Shown here in pieces: positions 9,376-19,083 of a DNA stretch of 64,000 bases. The position numbers and the translations under genes are program-made. The notes beneath the pieces are model-generated. The model saw only the letters and a program-made list of their open reading frames with translations, was not told where the DNA came from and did no database searches. Origin of the DNA: Nitrospirales bacterium (GTDB taxonomy: Bacteria; Nitrospirota; Nitrospiria; Nitrospirales; UBA8639); assembly GCA_965223295.1 (NCBI GenBank), contig CBDCWC010000003.1, positions 1,376,001 to 1,440,000 on the forward strand, read 5' to 3'. Every line of letters starts with the position of its first letter. Within the stretch, counting starts at the first letter, position 1.

Positions 9376-10227
9376 TTATCCAAATGGATTGTGTGTTTGT
9401 TCTTCTTCCACGGTTGTTGAAGGCCCATGACCGGGAAATAAGACGGTATCCTTCGAGAGATGTAACACGGTCTGCCGGACAGACTTAAGGTGTTGTGGAT
9501 ACAACGAAAAAGGATTGGATCGTCCAACCGATCCAGAAAACAGGGTGTCGCCCACAAAACAAAGTCCTTGACCTTTTCGTGTTGTGAGATAGCAAAACCC
9601 GCCAGGAGTATGCCCAGGAGTGGCTAAGCATTCAACTGTCAGTTCTCCCAGAGCTATTATCTGATGGTTAGTCGGAATCTTCAATGAGGCCGGGTCGGGC
9701 TTCCAAGGAAGTAAATCGAAGTCTCCGTTGCCAAGATACACCGGTACCGACCATTCCGACAAAATCTTGTCTAAGCCCCCAGCATGATCGGCATGGCCAT
9801 GAGTCAAAGCCACACCAATGAGCGTTAATTCTCGTTCTTGTATGGTCTGTAACATCTTTGACGCATTGTACCCCGTATCTATCATGAGGGTTTGTTTCGT
9901 GTCTGGATCGGTCAGTAGATAGCCTTTCACTTCATATCCACCAATATCGCCATAAATTGTTTCCACTAAACCTTCTTCAGTCGTCCAATCCGGCTGAGGA
10001 GAAGGGACCCATCCGTCCAATGTGATGGCTACTAGAGAATGAAGGCGTAAATGCAGGGCCTGGCTGATGCTTTGAATTTCCGACTTGGTTGGTACGCGAG
10101 CACCCTTTTCGAGGTTTTCCAAGTCTGAAGACTCGATTTGGGTGAGTTCCGCCAAAGCTGCCAAACTATGCTCTTGTCCAAAGCGGGCTTTCTTAAGAAT
10201 ATCGCAAAATTCGTCTTCTAAACTCAT
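9376..10227 (-). CDS. XRE-HTH fused MBL-fold metallo-hydrolase
   Basis: N-terminal HTH-like segment (ILKKAR...LENLEKGARVP); THGHADH, TPGHTPGG, GDTLF, PGHG. Confidence 0.85.
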   Translation of the reverse strand: MSLEDEFCDILKKARFGQEHSLAALAELTQIESSDLENLEKGARVPTKSEIQSISQALHLRLHSLVAITLDGWVPSPQPDWTTEEGLVETIYGDIGGYEVKGYLLTDPDTKQTLMIDTGYNASKMLQTIQERELTLIGVALTHGHADHAGGLDKILSEWSVPVYLGNGDFDLLPWKPDPASLKIPTNHQIIALGELTVECLATPGHTPGGFCYLTTRKGQGLCFVGDTLFSGSVGRSNPFSLYPQHLKSVRQTVLHLSKDTVLFPGHGPSTTVEEEQTHNPFG

Positions 10228-10516
10228 AAGGTCCTCAATGCTTTGCGGTTACCGATTTGAGAATAGCTCATTGAGCGAGATACCATATAACCAAAAAGAG
10301 GTGTCTAGGGAAAGGGGGCCTTCATTCCAGGGAATGTCGAATCGTATCCTCTTCTAGACATGACTAGAAGAATATGTACAATTGATCAAGTTTCCAGGAT
10401 GTTGAACCCTGCACGGCAACCTTCACTGTTTCCGATAATACCAGAAGGCCTTTGGGGGCAGTTGTGCTAAAAATTGTCTCCGTTTTCACAGTTCAGTTTA
10501 ACTTTGCGTAGATTTT

Positions 10517-11848
10517 ATGACTGCTGTACACAACCCTTGTGATGTGTTGGTGCTTGGAGCTGGGCCTGCTGGTTCTTCCCTTGCGGCAATTCTGGCAGAA
10601 AAAGGCTGGAAGGTCGATGTGTGGGAAAAAGCTCGCTATCCTCGCTTTCATATTGGAGAATCCTTATTACCTCACTCACTTCCGTATTTAAGCAGTCTGG
10701 GAGTGTTGGAGGAAGTTGAACGGATAGGGATAAACAAATGGGGTGCGGAACTGGTGGCCCCAGATCACCAAGATCCTATCACGCTATATTTTTCAGGAGC
10801 ATTGAATAAATCTCATCCAAAGGCTTTTCAAGTTCGCCGGTCTGAATTTGATGACATCCTATTACGGAATTGCCAGAAGAAAGGCGCTCGGGTCTGTGAG
10901 GAGCTTGAGGCCATAGCGGTGGATTTTTCGGATCCTGCCTGGGCTACGGTCCATGGAAAAAATGCTCAGGGGGCATCGGTGAGTCAGCAGGCACGGCATG
11001 TCGTTGATGCGACGGGACGGCAGACATTTTTGGCGAATCAATTTGGGGCCAAGCATCGTAATCCCCATCATAGCAGTGCCGCTATTTATGGGCATTTTGA
11101 AGGTGTGACCCGGCATTCAGGAAAAGATGCGGGCAATATCACTATTTGTTGGTTTGAACAAGGATGGTTTTGGATCATTCCTCTCCTAGACGGAATTACC
11201 AGCGTAGGGGCAGTGTGTTGGCCTTCGTACTTAAAGTCTCGGAAAGGGGACTTAGAGGAGTTTTTTTGGAAAACGGTCAAAAGTTCGCCGGCTGTGACGG
11301 AACGAATGAAAAATGCTAAAGCAATTATGCCTATTGAGGCAACGGGGAATTTTTCCTATCAATCTAGCGTGATGTCGGGGCCAAAGTTTCTGTTAGTCGG
11401 GGACGCCTTTGCGTTTGTCGATCCCATCTTTTCAAGCGGTGTTCATTTAGCTCTTCATAGCGGAATTCGAGGTGCGGATGTTGTTGAGGCCTATCTGCAG
11501 ACCAATACTCAGGCTCCTCAAATAGCCAAGAAATTTGAGAAGGCTGTGCGTGATGGCCTCGAGATTTATTCCTGGTTCATCTACCGGTTTACTCAACCAG
11601 CCCTTCGCAAGCTATTTATGGGCCCCAAAAATTATTTTCGGATTCAGGAGGCTATTTCCTCCGTGGTGGCGGGGGACATCTTTGGTAAGACCTCAGTCAA
11701 GCCTCGAATTTTTCTCTTTAAAATTCTGTATTATGTCCTGGTTCTACTTGACCTAAAAACCAATCTGGCTCATCATCGTAGGAAGCAAGTGAATGTGGAC
11801 TGTGATTCCAGGGAACCACAGACACGAGAGCAGACTGTTGCCTCATAG
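10517..11848 (+). CDS. Flavin-dependent halogenase-like oxidoreductase 1
   Basis: GAGPAG, RFHIGESLLP, Lys74 (INKWG), WFWIIP (WxWxIP), GDAFAFVDPIFSSG. Confidence 0.8.
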   Translation: MTAVHNPCDVLVLGAGPAGSSLAAILAEKGWKVDVWEKARYPRFHIGESLLPHSLPYLSSLGVLEEVERIGINKWGAELVAPDHQDPITLYFSGALNKSHPKAFQVRRSEFDDILLRNCQKKGARVCEELEAIAVDFSDPAWATVHGKNAQGASVSQQARHVVDATGRQTFLANQFGAKHRNPHHSSAAIYGHFEGVTRHSGKDAGNITICWFEQGWFWIIPLLDGITSVGAVCWPSYLKSRKGDLEEFFWKTVKSSPAVTERMKNAKAIMPIEATGNFSYQSSVMSGPKFLLVGDAFAFVDPIFSSGVHLALHSGIRGADVVEAYLQTNTQAPQIAKKFEKAVRDGLEIYSWFIYRFTQPALRKLFMGPKNYFRIQEAISSVVAGDIFGKTSVKPRIFLFKILYYVLVLLDLKTNLAHHRRKQVNVDCDSREPQTREQTVAS

Positions 11849-11875
11849 AAAGAACAAGCAAGTAAAAATAGGGTC

Positions 11876-12973
11876 ATGGATCATCGGTTAACCCCTAACA
11901 AAAATTCCGTTCGATCGATTCTGACCGATCTCCCAGAATGGGATCGGTCAACAGTTCCGACTCCATTAACAGGCTCTTATCCCTTGAAAGTGACCTATGT
12001 TCAACTCGATGATTGTTCTCAGATCGGCAGTTTAGAAACATGTCATATTTTAGCGTCAATGACTTACGGAAATAGTACTTCTCAGGCTGTTTTAGGGAAA
12101 GGGCTCAACGTTCAGGTGAATCTCCCCCACTTGACTCAACCACCTGTTGTGGAAATTTGGGAAACATCAGCTTCGGTTCTTCGAGATCAGTTTCAAGATA
12201 TTCGTCTGGCTGTTTCCAATGGAATCGTTTTTGGTTGCTTGGAAACTCGGGAGTCTCCAGGATGTGTGTTAGAAGACGTCGCTCGGGAAGCCTACGAACA
12301 AATATTTGAGTATTGCACACGATCAGGCTTCTCCCATCTTCTGCGCATGTGGAATTATTTCCCTGACATTAATGCCGATCACCATGGGTTAGAGCGTTAT
12401 AAGCGGTTTTGTATGGGACGGCACCAAGCCTTTTCGGAACAATATCAAGATTTTTGGCCACGCCTTCCAGCAGCCAGTGCAGTTGGCACTTCTAGTGGCC
12501 CCTTCCAGCTATTGTTCTTGGCTGGGTCCCAACCTGGAATTCCAGTTGAAAACCCTCGGCAAGTGAGTGCTTATGTCTATCCTGAGATGTATGGTCCCAA
12601 AAGTCCATCCTTTGCACGGGCGACTCTGTGTCATACCTTATCTGGCAGCCATCTTTTTGTGTCAGGGACCGCCAGCATCGTGGGGCATGCCACTCAACAT
12701 CATGGCGATCCAGCCCAACAGACCTTAGAAACATTGTGCAATATTGAAGCAATTCTGAACCGGGTTCGTGATGAGAGTCCAGAGCTAAGGGACGATGAGC
12801 TAACTCACGGTGTCTTGAAGGTCTTTGTACGTAATCTGGAAGATGTCCCCGCGGTCATGCAAGTGTTAGAGCGCCATGAATTTGGGCAGAGCCCTGTAGT
12901 CTATGTGCAGGCAGACATGTGTCGAAAAGAATTGCTTGTAGAAATTGAAGGCACATGGAGTCAGACATCTTAG
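11876..12973 (+). CDS. xanB2: Chorismatase, XanB2/FkbO-Hyg5-like (hydroxybenzoate-forming)
   Basis: LLRMWNY, PAASAVG, ENPRQVSAY, SPSFARA, SGTASIVGH, CRKELLVEIE. Confidence 0.8.
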   Translation: MDHRLTPNKNSVRSILTDLPEWDRSTVPTPLTGSYPLKVTYVQLDDCSQIGSLETCHILASMTYGNSTSQAVLGKGLNVQVNLPHLTQPPVVEIWETSASVLRDQFQDIRLAVSNGIVFGCLETRESPGCVLEDVAREAYEQIFEYCTRSGFSHLLRMWNYFPDINADHHGLERYKRFCMGRHQAFSEQYQDFWPRLPAASAVGTSSGPFQLLFLAGSQPGIPVENPRQVSAYVYPEMYGPKSPSFARATLCHTLSGSHLFVSGTASIVGHATQHHGDPAQQTLETLCNIEAILNRVRDESPELRDDELTHGVLKVFVRNLEDVPAVMQVLERHEFGQSPVVYVQADMCRKELLVEIEGTWSQTS

Positions 12974-13095
12974 CCATTAAATGAATGAGGAATCTAGAAC
13001 TTATTCCCAAATTTATTTATGATGACATGAGGTTTGTGTACGAGAATTAGGTTGTTGTTCATTTTAGGAACTTTCTTACAGAGTTGGAGGATTGG

Positions 13096-13512
13096 ATGAT
13101 GAAAAGTCGATTATTGTCACAATGGGTCTTTTTGTCAGTCGCTATGCTGTTGATTATTGGGTGTGGAGGTGGCGCACCTGTTTTGGATATCACTGATGCT
13201 TCGATAACCACAGTCTCTGGCAAGGAACCAACACTAGAAGATGTCACTCGAGCTATTGTCAGTGCTGCAACGGGTTCAACACCCATATGGAATATGCAGG
13301 TTGTAGAACCCGGTCATATTGTGGCCACGTTGCATAATCGAAGACACATGGCCTCTGTCGATATTAACTACACGACCAAGGGGTATAGTATCACTCGCAA
13401 GGAAACATCAAATTTAAAATATAACGCAGAGAAAGGGACGATTCATCCGGGGTATAACAAATGGATTCGGCGCTTAGATAATAATATTCGAGTCAAACTT
13501 TCCATGTTGTAA
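13096..13512 (+). CDS. Lipoprotein (cluster-associated)
   Basis: GGAGG RBS, lipobox IIGC, C-terminal IHPGYNKWIRRL. Confidence 0.7.
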   Translation: MMKSRLLSQWVFLSVAMLLIIGCGGGAPVLDITDASITTVSGKEPTLEDVTRAIVSAATGSTPIWNMQVVEPGHIVATLHNRRHMASVDINYTTKGYSITRKETSNLKYNAEKGTIHPGYNKWIRRLDNNIRVKLSML

Positions 13513-13536
13513 TAGTAAACAGAAATATCAAAAGGC

Positions 13537-13570
13537 ATAAGCCCTATGGTTGAAAAGCCATAGGGCTTAT
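13537..13570. terminator. Hairpin terminator between convergent genes
   Basis: ATAAGCCCTATGGT-tgaaa-AGCCATAGGGCTTAT. Confidence 0.75.
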
Positions 13571-13576
13571 TTGTGT

Positions 13577-14377
13577 TTATTTGTGATACGACTGGGAAGG
13601 AGAAATTTTTGAGATATGAGGCTCCTGTTGAGCAAGAGGTTGACCAAACAACGCATGATAGAGGTTTTGTGGAGCCAGTCCTTTAGCTAAGAGTTTCCCC
13701 GCAATCATGAGAGTGATCCGAGCAATATCCACAACCGGGCGAAAATAACTGGGGCGTGGGGCTTGCCGGGGTTCCGACTCAATGGGGACTGGAAGGCTCC
13801 AAAATTCCAGCTTCGCTCCTTCCACCAAGATCTCACTTTCGAACACAAAGCTACGTTCCAGGGTTGTGGGAATGTTCAACTGAGCAAGTAATGACAACGG
13901 GTAAATCCGAAACCCCGATTGGCTATCAGCTATTGGGTGACCGGCAGCCCAGGATACCCAAAAATCGGCGATTCGGTTAGCCAGAATTCTGTGCCAAGTT
14001 TGTCGGGTCCAAGGTCTCCGACGTGCGCCGATAATAATTCGGTGCGGAGTCCTTTCGATTTGTTGAAGAAGTCGGGGAATATCTGCTGGATCATGTTGTC
14101 CATCCCCGTCCAACGTCACGACAGCAGTGACGCCAAGTTGCTGGGCATATTGAAAACCCTTCCAGAGGCTGGCTGCTTTTCCGCAATTGCTGTTGTTGTG
14201 AAGGATAGTAATGGGCAAATCTTCCAAGACTTGGGCTGTTCGATCGGTGGAGCCGTCATTCACGACGATCACAAACTCGAGATAGCGAAGGGATGCCTGA
14301 ACAACATCAAGTATAGTCGTCTCCTCATTGTAAGCTGGAATCACGACAGCATAGGGTTGTGAAGATTGATGATCCAC
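13577..14377 (-). CDS. Glycosyltransferase family 2
   Basis: VIPAYNE, DGSTD, LDGDGQH, DSQSGFRIYP. Confidence 0.9.
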   Translation of the reverse strand: MDHQSSQPYAVVIPAYNEETTILDVVQASLRYLEFVIVVNDGSTDRTAQVLEDLPITILHNNSNCGKAASLWKGFQYAQQLGVTAVVTLDGDGQHDPADIPRLLQQIERTPHRIIIGARRRPWTRQTWHRILANRIADFWVSWAAGHPIADSQSGFRIYPLSLLAQLNIPTTLERSFVFESEILVEGAKLEFWSLPVPIESEPRQAPRPSYFRPVVDIARITLMIAGKLLAKGLAPQNLYHALFGQPLAQQEPHISKISPSQSYHK

Positions 14378-15096
14378 TAAGCCATGGCTCCATTTACGCC
14401 AATAATTTGTCCAGAAAGATAGCTGGCTCTTTCAGAAGCCAAAAATCCCACGACTGAGGCGACTTCATCAGGTTCTCCTGCACGTTTCATAGGTACCATA
14501 CTCTGTATTTGGTCCTCCGTAAATATGCGTTCAGTCGATGGAGAATGAATGAGTCCAGGTGCGACGACGTTGACCGTAATGCCACGAGAGGCGACTTCTG
14601 TGGCTAATGACCGAACGGCGCCATGCAGGCCAGATTTTGCGGCCGAGTAATTCGTTTGTCCTCGATGCCCGACCATTCCAGAGAGAGAGGAAATCGCAAT
14701 GATGCGTCCCCAGCGTGTACGGATCATGGGGAGCAATAGTGGTTGGGTAATGTGAAAAAATCCATGAAGTGAGACGTCGATGACCTTCTTCCATTGTAAG
14801 GCGCTCATGCCGGCCATGGGGGCATCTTCAAAAATACCCGCGTTATGAACGATCACCTGAAGAGGTCCTGTCTCAAGGAGTGTATTCATAGCGATTTCGG
14901 TTGTCGCTCCGTCTGTCAGATCGCAGCAAATGGCTTCGGCAGACTTGCCATTCTCAAGAAGTTGTGTGACATGTTTATGTGTCATTTCAGGGTGTTGATG
15001 CCCATGGATAATCACATGATAATTCATCGAGGCTAGTTCTCGGCAAATAGCGGAACCGATAGGGCTATTTCCGCCCGTCACTAAAGCGCGTTTCAT
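14377..15096 (-). CDS. fabG: 3-oxoacyl-ACP reductase (ketoreductase of the cluster)
   Basis: TGGNSPIG, HNAG, YSAAK SDR motifs. Confidence 0.9.
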   Translation of the reverse strand: MKRALVTGGNSPIGSAICRELASMNYHVIIHGHQHPEMTHKHVTQLLENGKSAEAICCDLTDGATTEIAMNTLLETGPLQVIVHNAGIFEDAPMAGMSALQWKKVIDVSLHGFFHITQPLLLPMIRTRWGRIIAISSLSGMVGHRGQTNYSAAKSGLHGAVRSLATEVASRGITVNVVAPGLIHSPSTERIFTEDQIQSMVPMKRAGEPDEVASVVGFLASERASYLSGQIIGVNGAMA

Positions 15097-15542
15097 AGGA
15101 TCGTTTCTGTGCCTTGAATGAAAATTGAAGCGCGTCCTTCTAGCAGTGATTGTTCCTTTACTTTGATTGTAAATGCATAGATGAAGCTCGTCTGTTGTGC
15201 GAGTATTAACTTCGCTCCAATAGTTAAATCTTCCGGGAATTGTTGGAAACTGAGGCTGTAAATCCGAAGATCTCGAACCGCTCCAAGATACCCAATTGAC
15301 GCATGGCGTTGGGAAGTGTCTCTGGTAAGACCCACGTGGACGCCCATGGCTTGTGCCGCAAATTCTAACCCTGAGAGGATTCCCAAACGGCCCTCGTGTC
15401 GCAAGGGATTGTCATGGTTTCGGTGAGTAGACGAGAGACAAATGATTGATGTGGCGTCCCACTGTTCGACTGAGTTTAGCATACACATCTCTTTGCCATG
15501 CGGCAAAAAGTTGCAGAGTTCTACTCTCGACAAGGCTGGCAT
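15093..15542 (-). CDS. Hotdog-fold 3-hydroxyacyl-ACP dehydratase-like protein
   Basis: LPHGKEMCML, LEFAAQAMGVH, GYLGAVR. Confidence 0.8.
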   Translation of the reverse strand: MPALSRVELCNFLPHGKEMCMLNSVEQWDATSIICLSSTHRNHDNPLRHEGRLGILSGLEFAAQAMGVHVGLTRDTSQRHASIGYLGAVRDLRIYSLSFQQFPEDLTIGAKLILAQQTSFIYAFTIKVKEQSLLEGRASIFIQGTETIL

Positions 15543-16345
15543 GGTTGGTGGTCAATCTGCAATTGAAGGTTATCCAAGAAGTTCAGGTGCACCGAAGTGG
15601 TGAGATGATTGGCCATAGCATGTAAGAGTGGAAGGCTTCTGGCTGCTGGGCTACCTGAACGCAATTGTTCCAATGAAGTGTGGGACATTGTTGTGGGTGA
15701 TGTTTCCAGGGGTTCTGACAGCAAGGCAATCGTCAATTTAGACAGGCTCTTCGGTGGCGCATGATGGCTGAGGACCATGGCCACAGCAAACGGGGCGGCC
15801 AGCGGACGTGCCTCATTCAAGGGAAATGGCGCGGCAATATCACAAGCAACGAACAACACATATTCTTCTTGATGTGTAGACAACAAAGTGGCCGACTCAA
15901 GCAAACCGCCACTAAATGAAGCATCGTAACACGACAAACTCGTCGATGGACGTTGAGATCCAGATGCAATACTCCAGTAGCCCACCGCCGCATTGTGAAC
16001 GGATTGATGAAATAAGGTTGGAGAAACCATGGGGGGTGATAAGGTAAGTGAGTGACAAATTTTATGCAGTATTTCCGTTTCGCCACCGGAAGAAGCAAAG
16101 ACCGTGGCCATTTCTTTTGAAGACATGTCGCTTTGTCGCACTGCTTCTTGGGCAACTTGTAAAGCCCAGCGAACCACTCCGCTACTCCGACGGCGTTCAT
16201 TCATGGGAAGAACTGAAGGCATGGGGTCGGGTATCTGTGTGAAACTCTCAGGTATCTGAGAGTCTGGTTGCAGCTGGTTTTGGCATTCTTGCCAATTTGC
16301 TAAGTTTGGCCCTAGCACTCCGATACCATGAACAAAGATTTCCAC
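15521..16345 (-). CDS. Ketosynthase chain-length factor
   Basis: NERRR and SPTLFHQSVHNAAVGYWSI; short KS N-terminal-like domain only. Confidence 0.8.
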   Translation of the reverse strand: MEIFVHGIGVLGPNLANWQECQNQLQPDSQIPESFTQIPDPMPSVLPMNERRRSSGVVRWALQVAQEAVRQSDMSSKEMATVFASSGGETEILHKICHSLTLSPPMVSPTLFHQSVHNAAVGYWSIASGSQRPSTSLSCYDASFSGGLLESATLLSTHQEEYVLFVACDIAAPFPLNEARPLAAPFAVAMVLSHHAPPKSLSKLTIALLSEPLETSPTTMSHTSLEQLRSGSPAARSLPLLHAMANHLTTSVHLNFLDNLQLQIDHQPCQPCRE

Positions 16346-17541
16346 TAGCTTTTTCCCAAAATCAACGTGCAGTTATTGCCGCCAAATCCAAAAAAGTTAC
16401 TCATGATATGTTGGAGTGGTCGTTCTTCGTTTTTCAACAGAACGTGACTGGAAAAAGTCGGGTCGATCTGGGTTGTATTCAAGCAGCCAGGAAGAAATCC
16501 ATATTGGAGGCAGAGATCTCCAATGACGGCTTCGACGGCTCCTGCAGCGCCTAATGTATGGCCAGTCCATCCTTTGGTTGAACTACAAGGTGTTTGGGAT
16601 CGAAACAGCGTGGCAATAGCGCGGTCTTCGGTTTGGTCATTGGCCTTCGTTGCTGTTCCATGCATATGAATAAAATCAATGTCAGATGGGGAAAGGTGGC
16701 TGCTCTTCAGCGAAGCTTCCATGGCGATGATTGCACCTTGCCCGGTGGGATGAGGATGGGACATATGGTAAGCATCGCTACTTTCGCCATATCCCAAGAG
16801 AACGGACGTGGATTGATTCTCAGCATGAGGGGTTTTCTCTAAAAAGACAAAGGCGGCCGCTTCACCAATGGTCAATCCATCACGGTCCTTATCACAGGGC
16901 CGGCAGGGCCCAGCAGCAGTTAATTGTAATGAGGAAAATCCATACAAGGTGGTTTGGCAGAGACTATCAACTCCCCCAACGATCGCAGCTTCGCAGAGCC
17001 CCGCCTGAATATACCGCGCAGCGGTGGCAAAAACTTTTGCGCTTGAGGAACAGGCCGTGGAAATGGCAACGGCTGGTCCTGTGAGTTGCAGGTAGTCGCG
17101 GATAAAATGGGCGACAGAAAAGACTTCTTGGGTATACCGGCATCGTGGAAGAAATGTGCTAGGAAGTCGTCCAGTTTCTGGATCCCGGTTTTGGTATGCA
17201 TGTTCCGTTTCCAGAATCCCTGAGGTGCTGGTGCCAATGAGAACAGCAATTCTCTGAGCACCATATTGTTGACGGGCGTCAGCAATACGGTCTTCAAAGC
17301 CATCTTGCTTTAGGCCTAACATGGCCAATCTATTATTTCGACAATCAAAATGGCTAAGACGTGGAATAAGCGATAGCGTATCCAAGCCTTTCACCATACC
17401 CATATAGGTGGGAAGCTTGGTGCCTTCAAAATCGCAAGGCGTGAGACCAGATTGGCCTTTCTGTAGAGCGACAAGATGGTCTTGCTTGCCTCGACCAAGA
17501 GCGGTGACGAGAGTGGAAAGAGAGAATGAGAGAGGGGCCAT
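16345..17541 (-). CDS. Beta-ketoacyl-ACP synthase (aryl-polyene-type KS)
   Basis: STACSSS (Cys), HGTAT, GHTLGAAG, FGFGGNN. Confidence 0.92.
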   Translation of the reverse strand: MAPLSFSLSTLVTALGRGKQDHLVALQKGQSGLTPCDFEGTKLPTYMGMVKGLDTLSLIPRLSHFDCRNNRLAMLGLKQDGFEDRIADARQQYGAQRIAVLIGTSTSGILETEHAYQNRDPETGRLPSTFLPRCRYTQEVFSVAHFIRDYLQLTGPAVAISTACSSSAKVFATAARYIQAGLCEAAIVGGVDSLCQTTLYGFSSLQLTAAGPCRPCDKDRDGLTIGEAAAFVFLEKTPHAENQSTSVLLGYGESSDAYHMSHPHPTGQGAIIAMEASLKSSHLSPSDIDFIHMHGTATKANDQTEDRAIATLFRSQTPCSSTKGWTGHTLGAAGAVEAVIGDLCLQYGFLPGCLNTTQIDPTFSSHVLLKNEERPLQHIMSNFFGFGGNNCTLILGKS

Positions 17542-17550
17542 GTGTGCGGG

Positions 17551-19080
17551 TTACGCCATCTGTTTGCTTGATTGGGTCTCGAGGAGGGTATTGGCCTGTT
17601 CATAACCATGACGGAAGATAGCCCGGAGACGCGTTACTGATTCATGAGGCGTCAGGGGTTGTCCGATTTCGTTCAACCAATCAATCCCTTCCAGGGCATC
17701 TGTGAAATTCCCCAGGTTCCCCCGGTACAAAGCCTGATTTTTCTGGAGATGTCGTTCAACTTTCTGAAACAGCTGAGAAAATATTGAGAGGGAATTGAGG
17801 ACCTGCTGTTGCTCTTGGACCTGATCAGCAAGGAACTGCTCATTGAGATGAAGGTCTTGCATAAACTCTGATAGCCAGAGGTGATAGTACAAGGGAAGAT
17901 CTAATTGAAACTTCAGCTTGAGCAGCTCATAGCTGGCAAACACGGAATAGAGGTTGTGATACAGGTGCATGTTTGCCTCATAGCGAAAGTGCATGTAGGC
18001 ATTCGAGAGGTTCACGAGATTTTCCAGGTGAGAAGAAGAAGCCCCTTCTTCTTCATGGCGAATAAAATTGGTGATGAAATCATTTTCCAACGCAATAAAG
18101 TCTGATCCTGGGCTATAAAACGGATCGGAAAATGCTGCAGATTCACCGGTTAACCCCCAACGGTTTGAACTGAAAAATTGTTTAGTGGCATAAGTCAGAT
18201 GCTGGAAGCTGCCGATGTCCAGCAATTCAGCTTCCTGGAGCAACGACCATGCAGCATGATGTTGTTTGAGAAAGTTTAAGAATCCTTTTCCTTTTCGCAG
18301 AGTTTCTTGCCAGCCAAAGCGACGGTCCATGACGATACCCACGCTCACAATATCCTGGCTAATGGGAATAAACCAGATCCAATACCCGGGATAGCAAAAA
18401 TGAACCGTCGATGCTCGGCGGCTCGTGCCATTGACCCGTTGGCGGAAAGTCTCTGGACCGATATAGTCCATATCAACCACATTTCTAAATCGCCCCCATA
18501 CGGATCCTACGGTATGGTGTGGGCATGCAATTCGTAAGTCTTCTTGCTTGGCGAGAATGGAAGAACGGCCAGTGGCATCAATCAGCCATCGGCTCTGACC
18601 ATTCAATTGTGTGGTCTCAGTTTCCACAGCAAATGTATGAGGCGAAGAATCGGAACTGAGCTGAATCCCATTCACTCGGCTTCCAAGGTGAAGTTCAACG
18701 CCATCTTCCTGATTCATCTGTAGGAGGTCGGCCTCTAACCGTGAGCGATCAATTTGAAAACTCTTAAAAAAAGGCGTTTGTATTCCCCCAATTTCACTCA
18801 TCTCAGTTAATGGGGCTTGACGGTTTTCCTGATCAAAGAAAAAACGCAGTCCATTCTTCAGGATATGATGTTTGGTGAGATAGTTCTCCAAGCCAAGCCG
18901 CCGAATCAGATAATTTCCCGTGACTTCAACCGTGGATTCTCCCACTTTAAAAGTGGTAGAGCGTTGTTTTTCGAATATCCCCACTTTGAGGTGCGGAACG
19001 GTCTGCCGCAGTTGCCTGGCTAAGAGATTACCGGCTAGCCCTCCACCGAGAATAGCGATATCAAGATGATGGTGTGCCAT
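17551..19080 (-). CDS. Flavin-dependent halogenase-like oxidoreductase 2
   Basis: GGGLAG, FKVGEST, Lys75 (ILKNG), WIWFIP (WxWxIP), FSDPFYSPG. Confidence 0.78.
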   Translation of the reverse strand: MAHHHLDIAILGGGLAGNLLARQLRQTVPHLKVGIFEKQRSTTFKVGESTVEVTGNYLIRRLGLENYLTKHHILKNGLRFFFDQENRQAPLTEMSEIGGIQTPFFKSFQIDRSRLEADLLQMNQEDGVELHLGSRVNGIQLSSDSSPHTFAVETETTQLNGQSRWLIDATGRSSILAKQEDLRIACPHHTVGSVWGRFRNVVDMDYIGPETFRQRVNGTSRRASTVHFCYPGYWIWFIPISQDIVSVGIVMDRRFGWQETLRKGKGFLNFLKQHHAAWSLLQEAELLDIGSFQHLTYATKQFFSSNRWGLTGESAAFSDPFYSPGSDFIALENDFITNFIRHEEEGASSSHLENLVNLSNAYMHFRYEANMHLYHNLYSVFASYELLKLKFQLDLPLYYHLWLSEFMQDLHLNEQFLADQVQEQQQVLNSLSIFSQLFQKVERHLQKNQALYRGNLGNFTDALEGIDWLNEIGQPLTPHESVTRLRAIFRHGYEQANTLLETQSSKQMA

Positions 19081-19083
19081 AAA

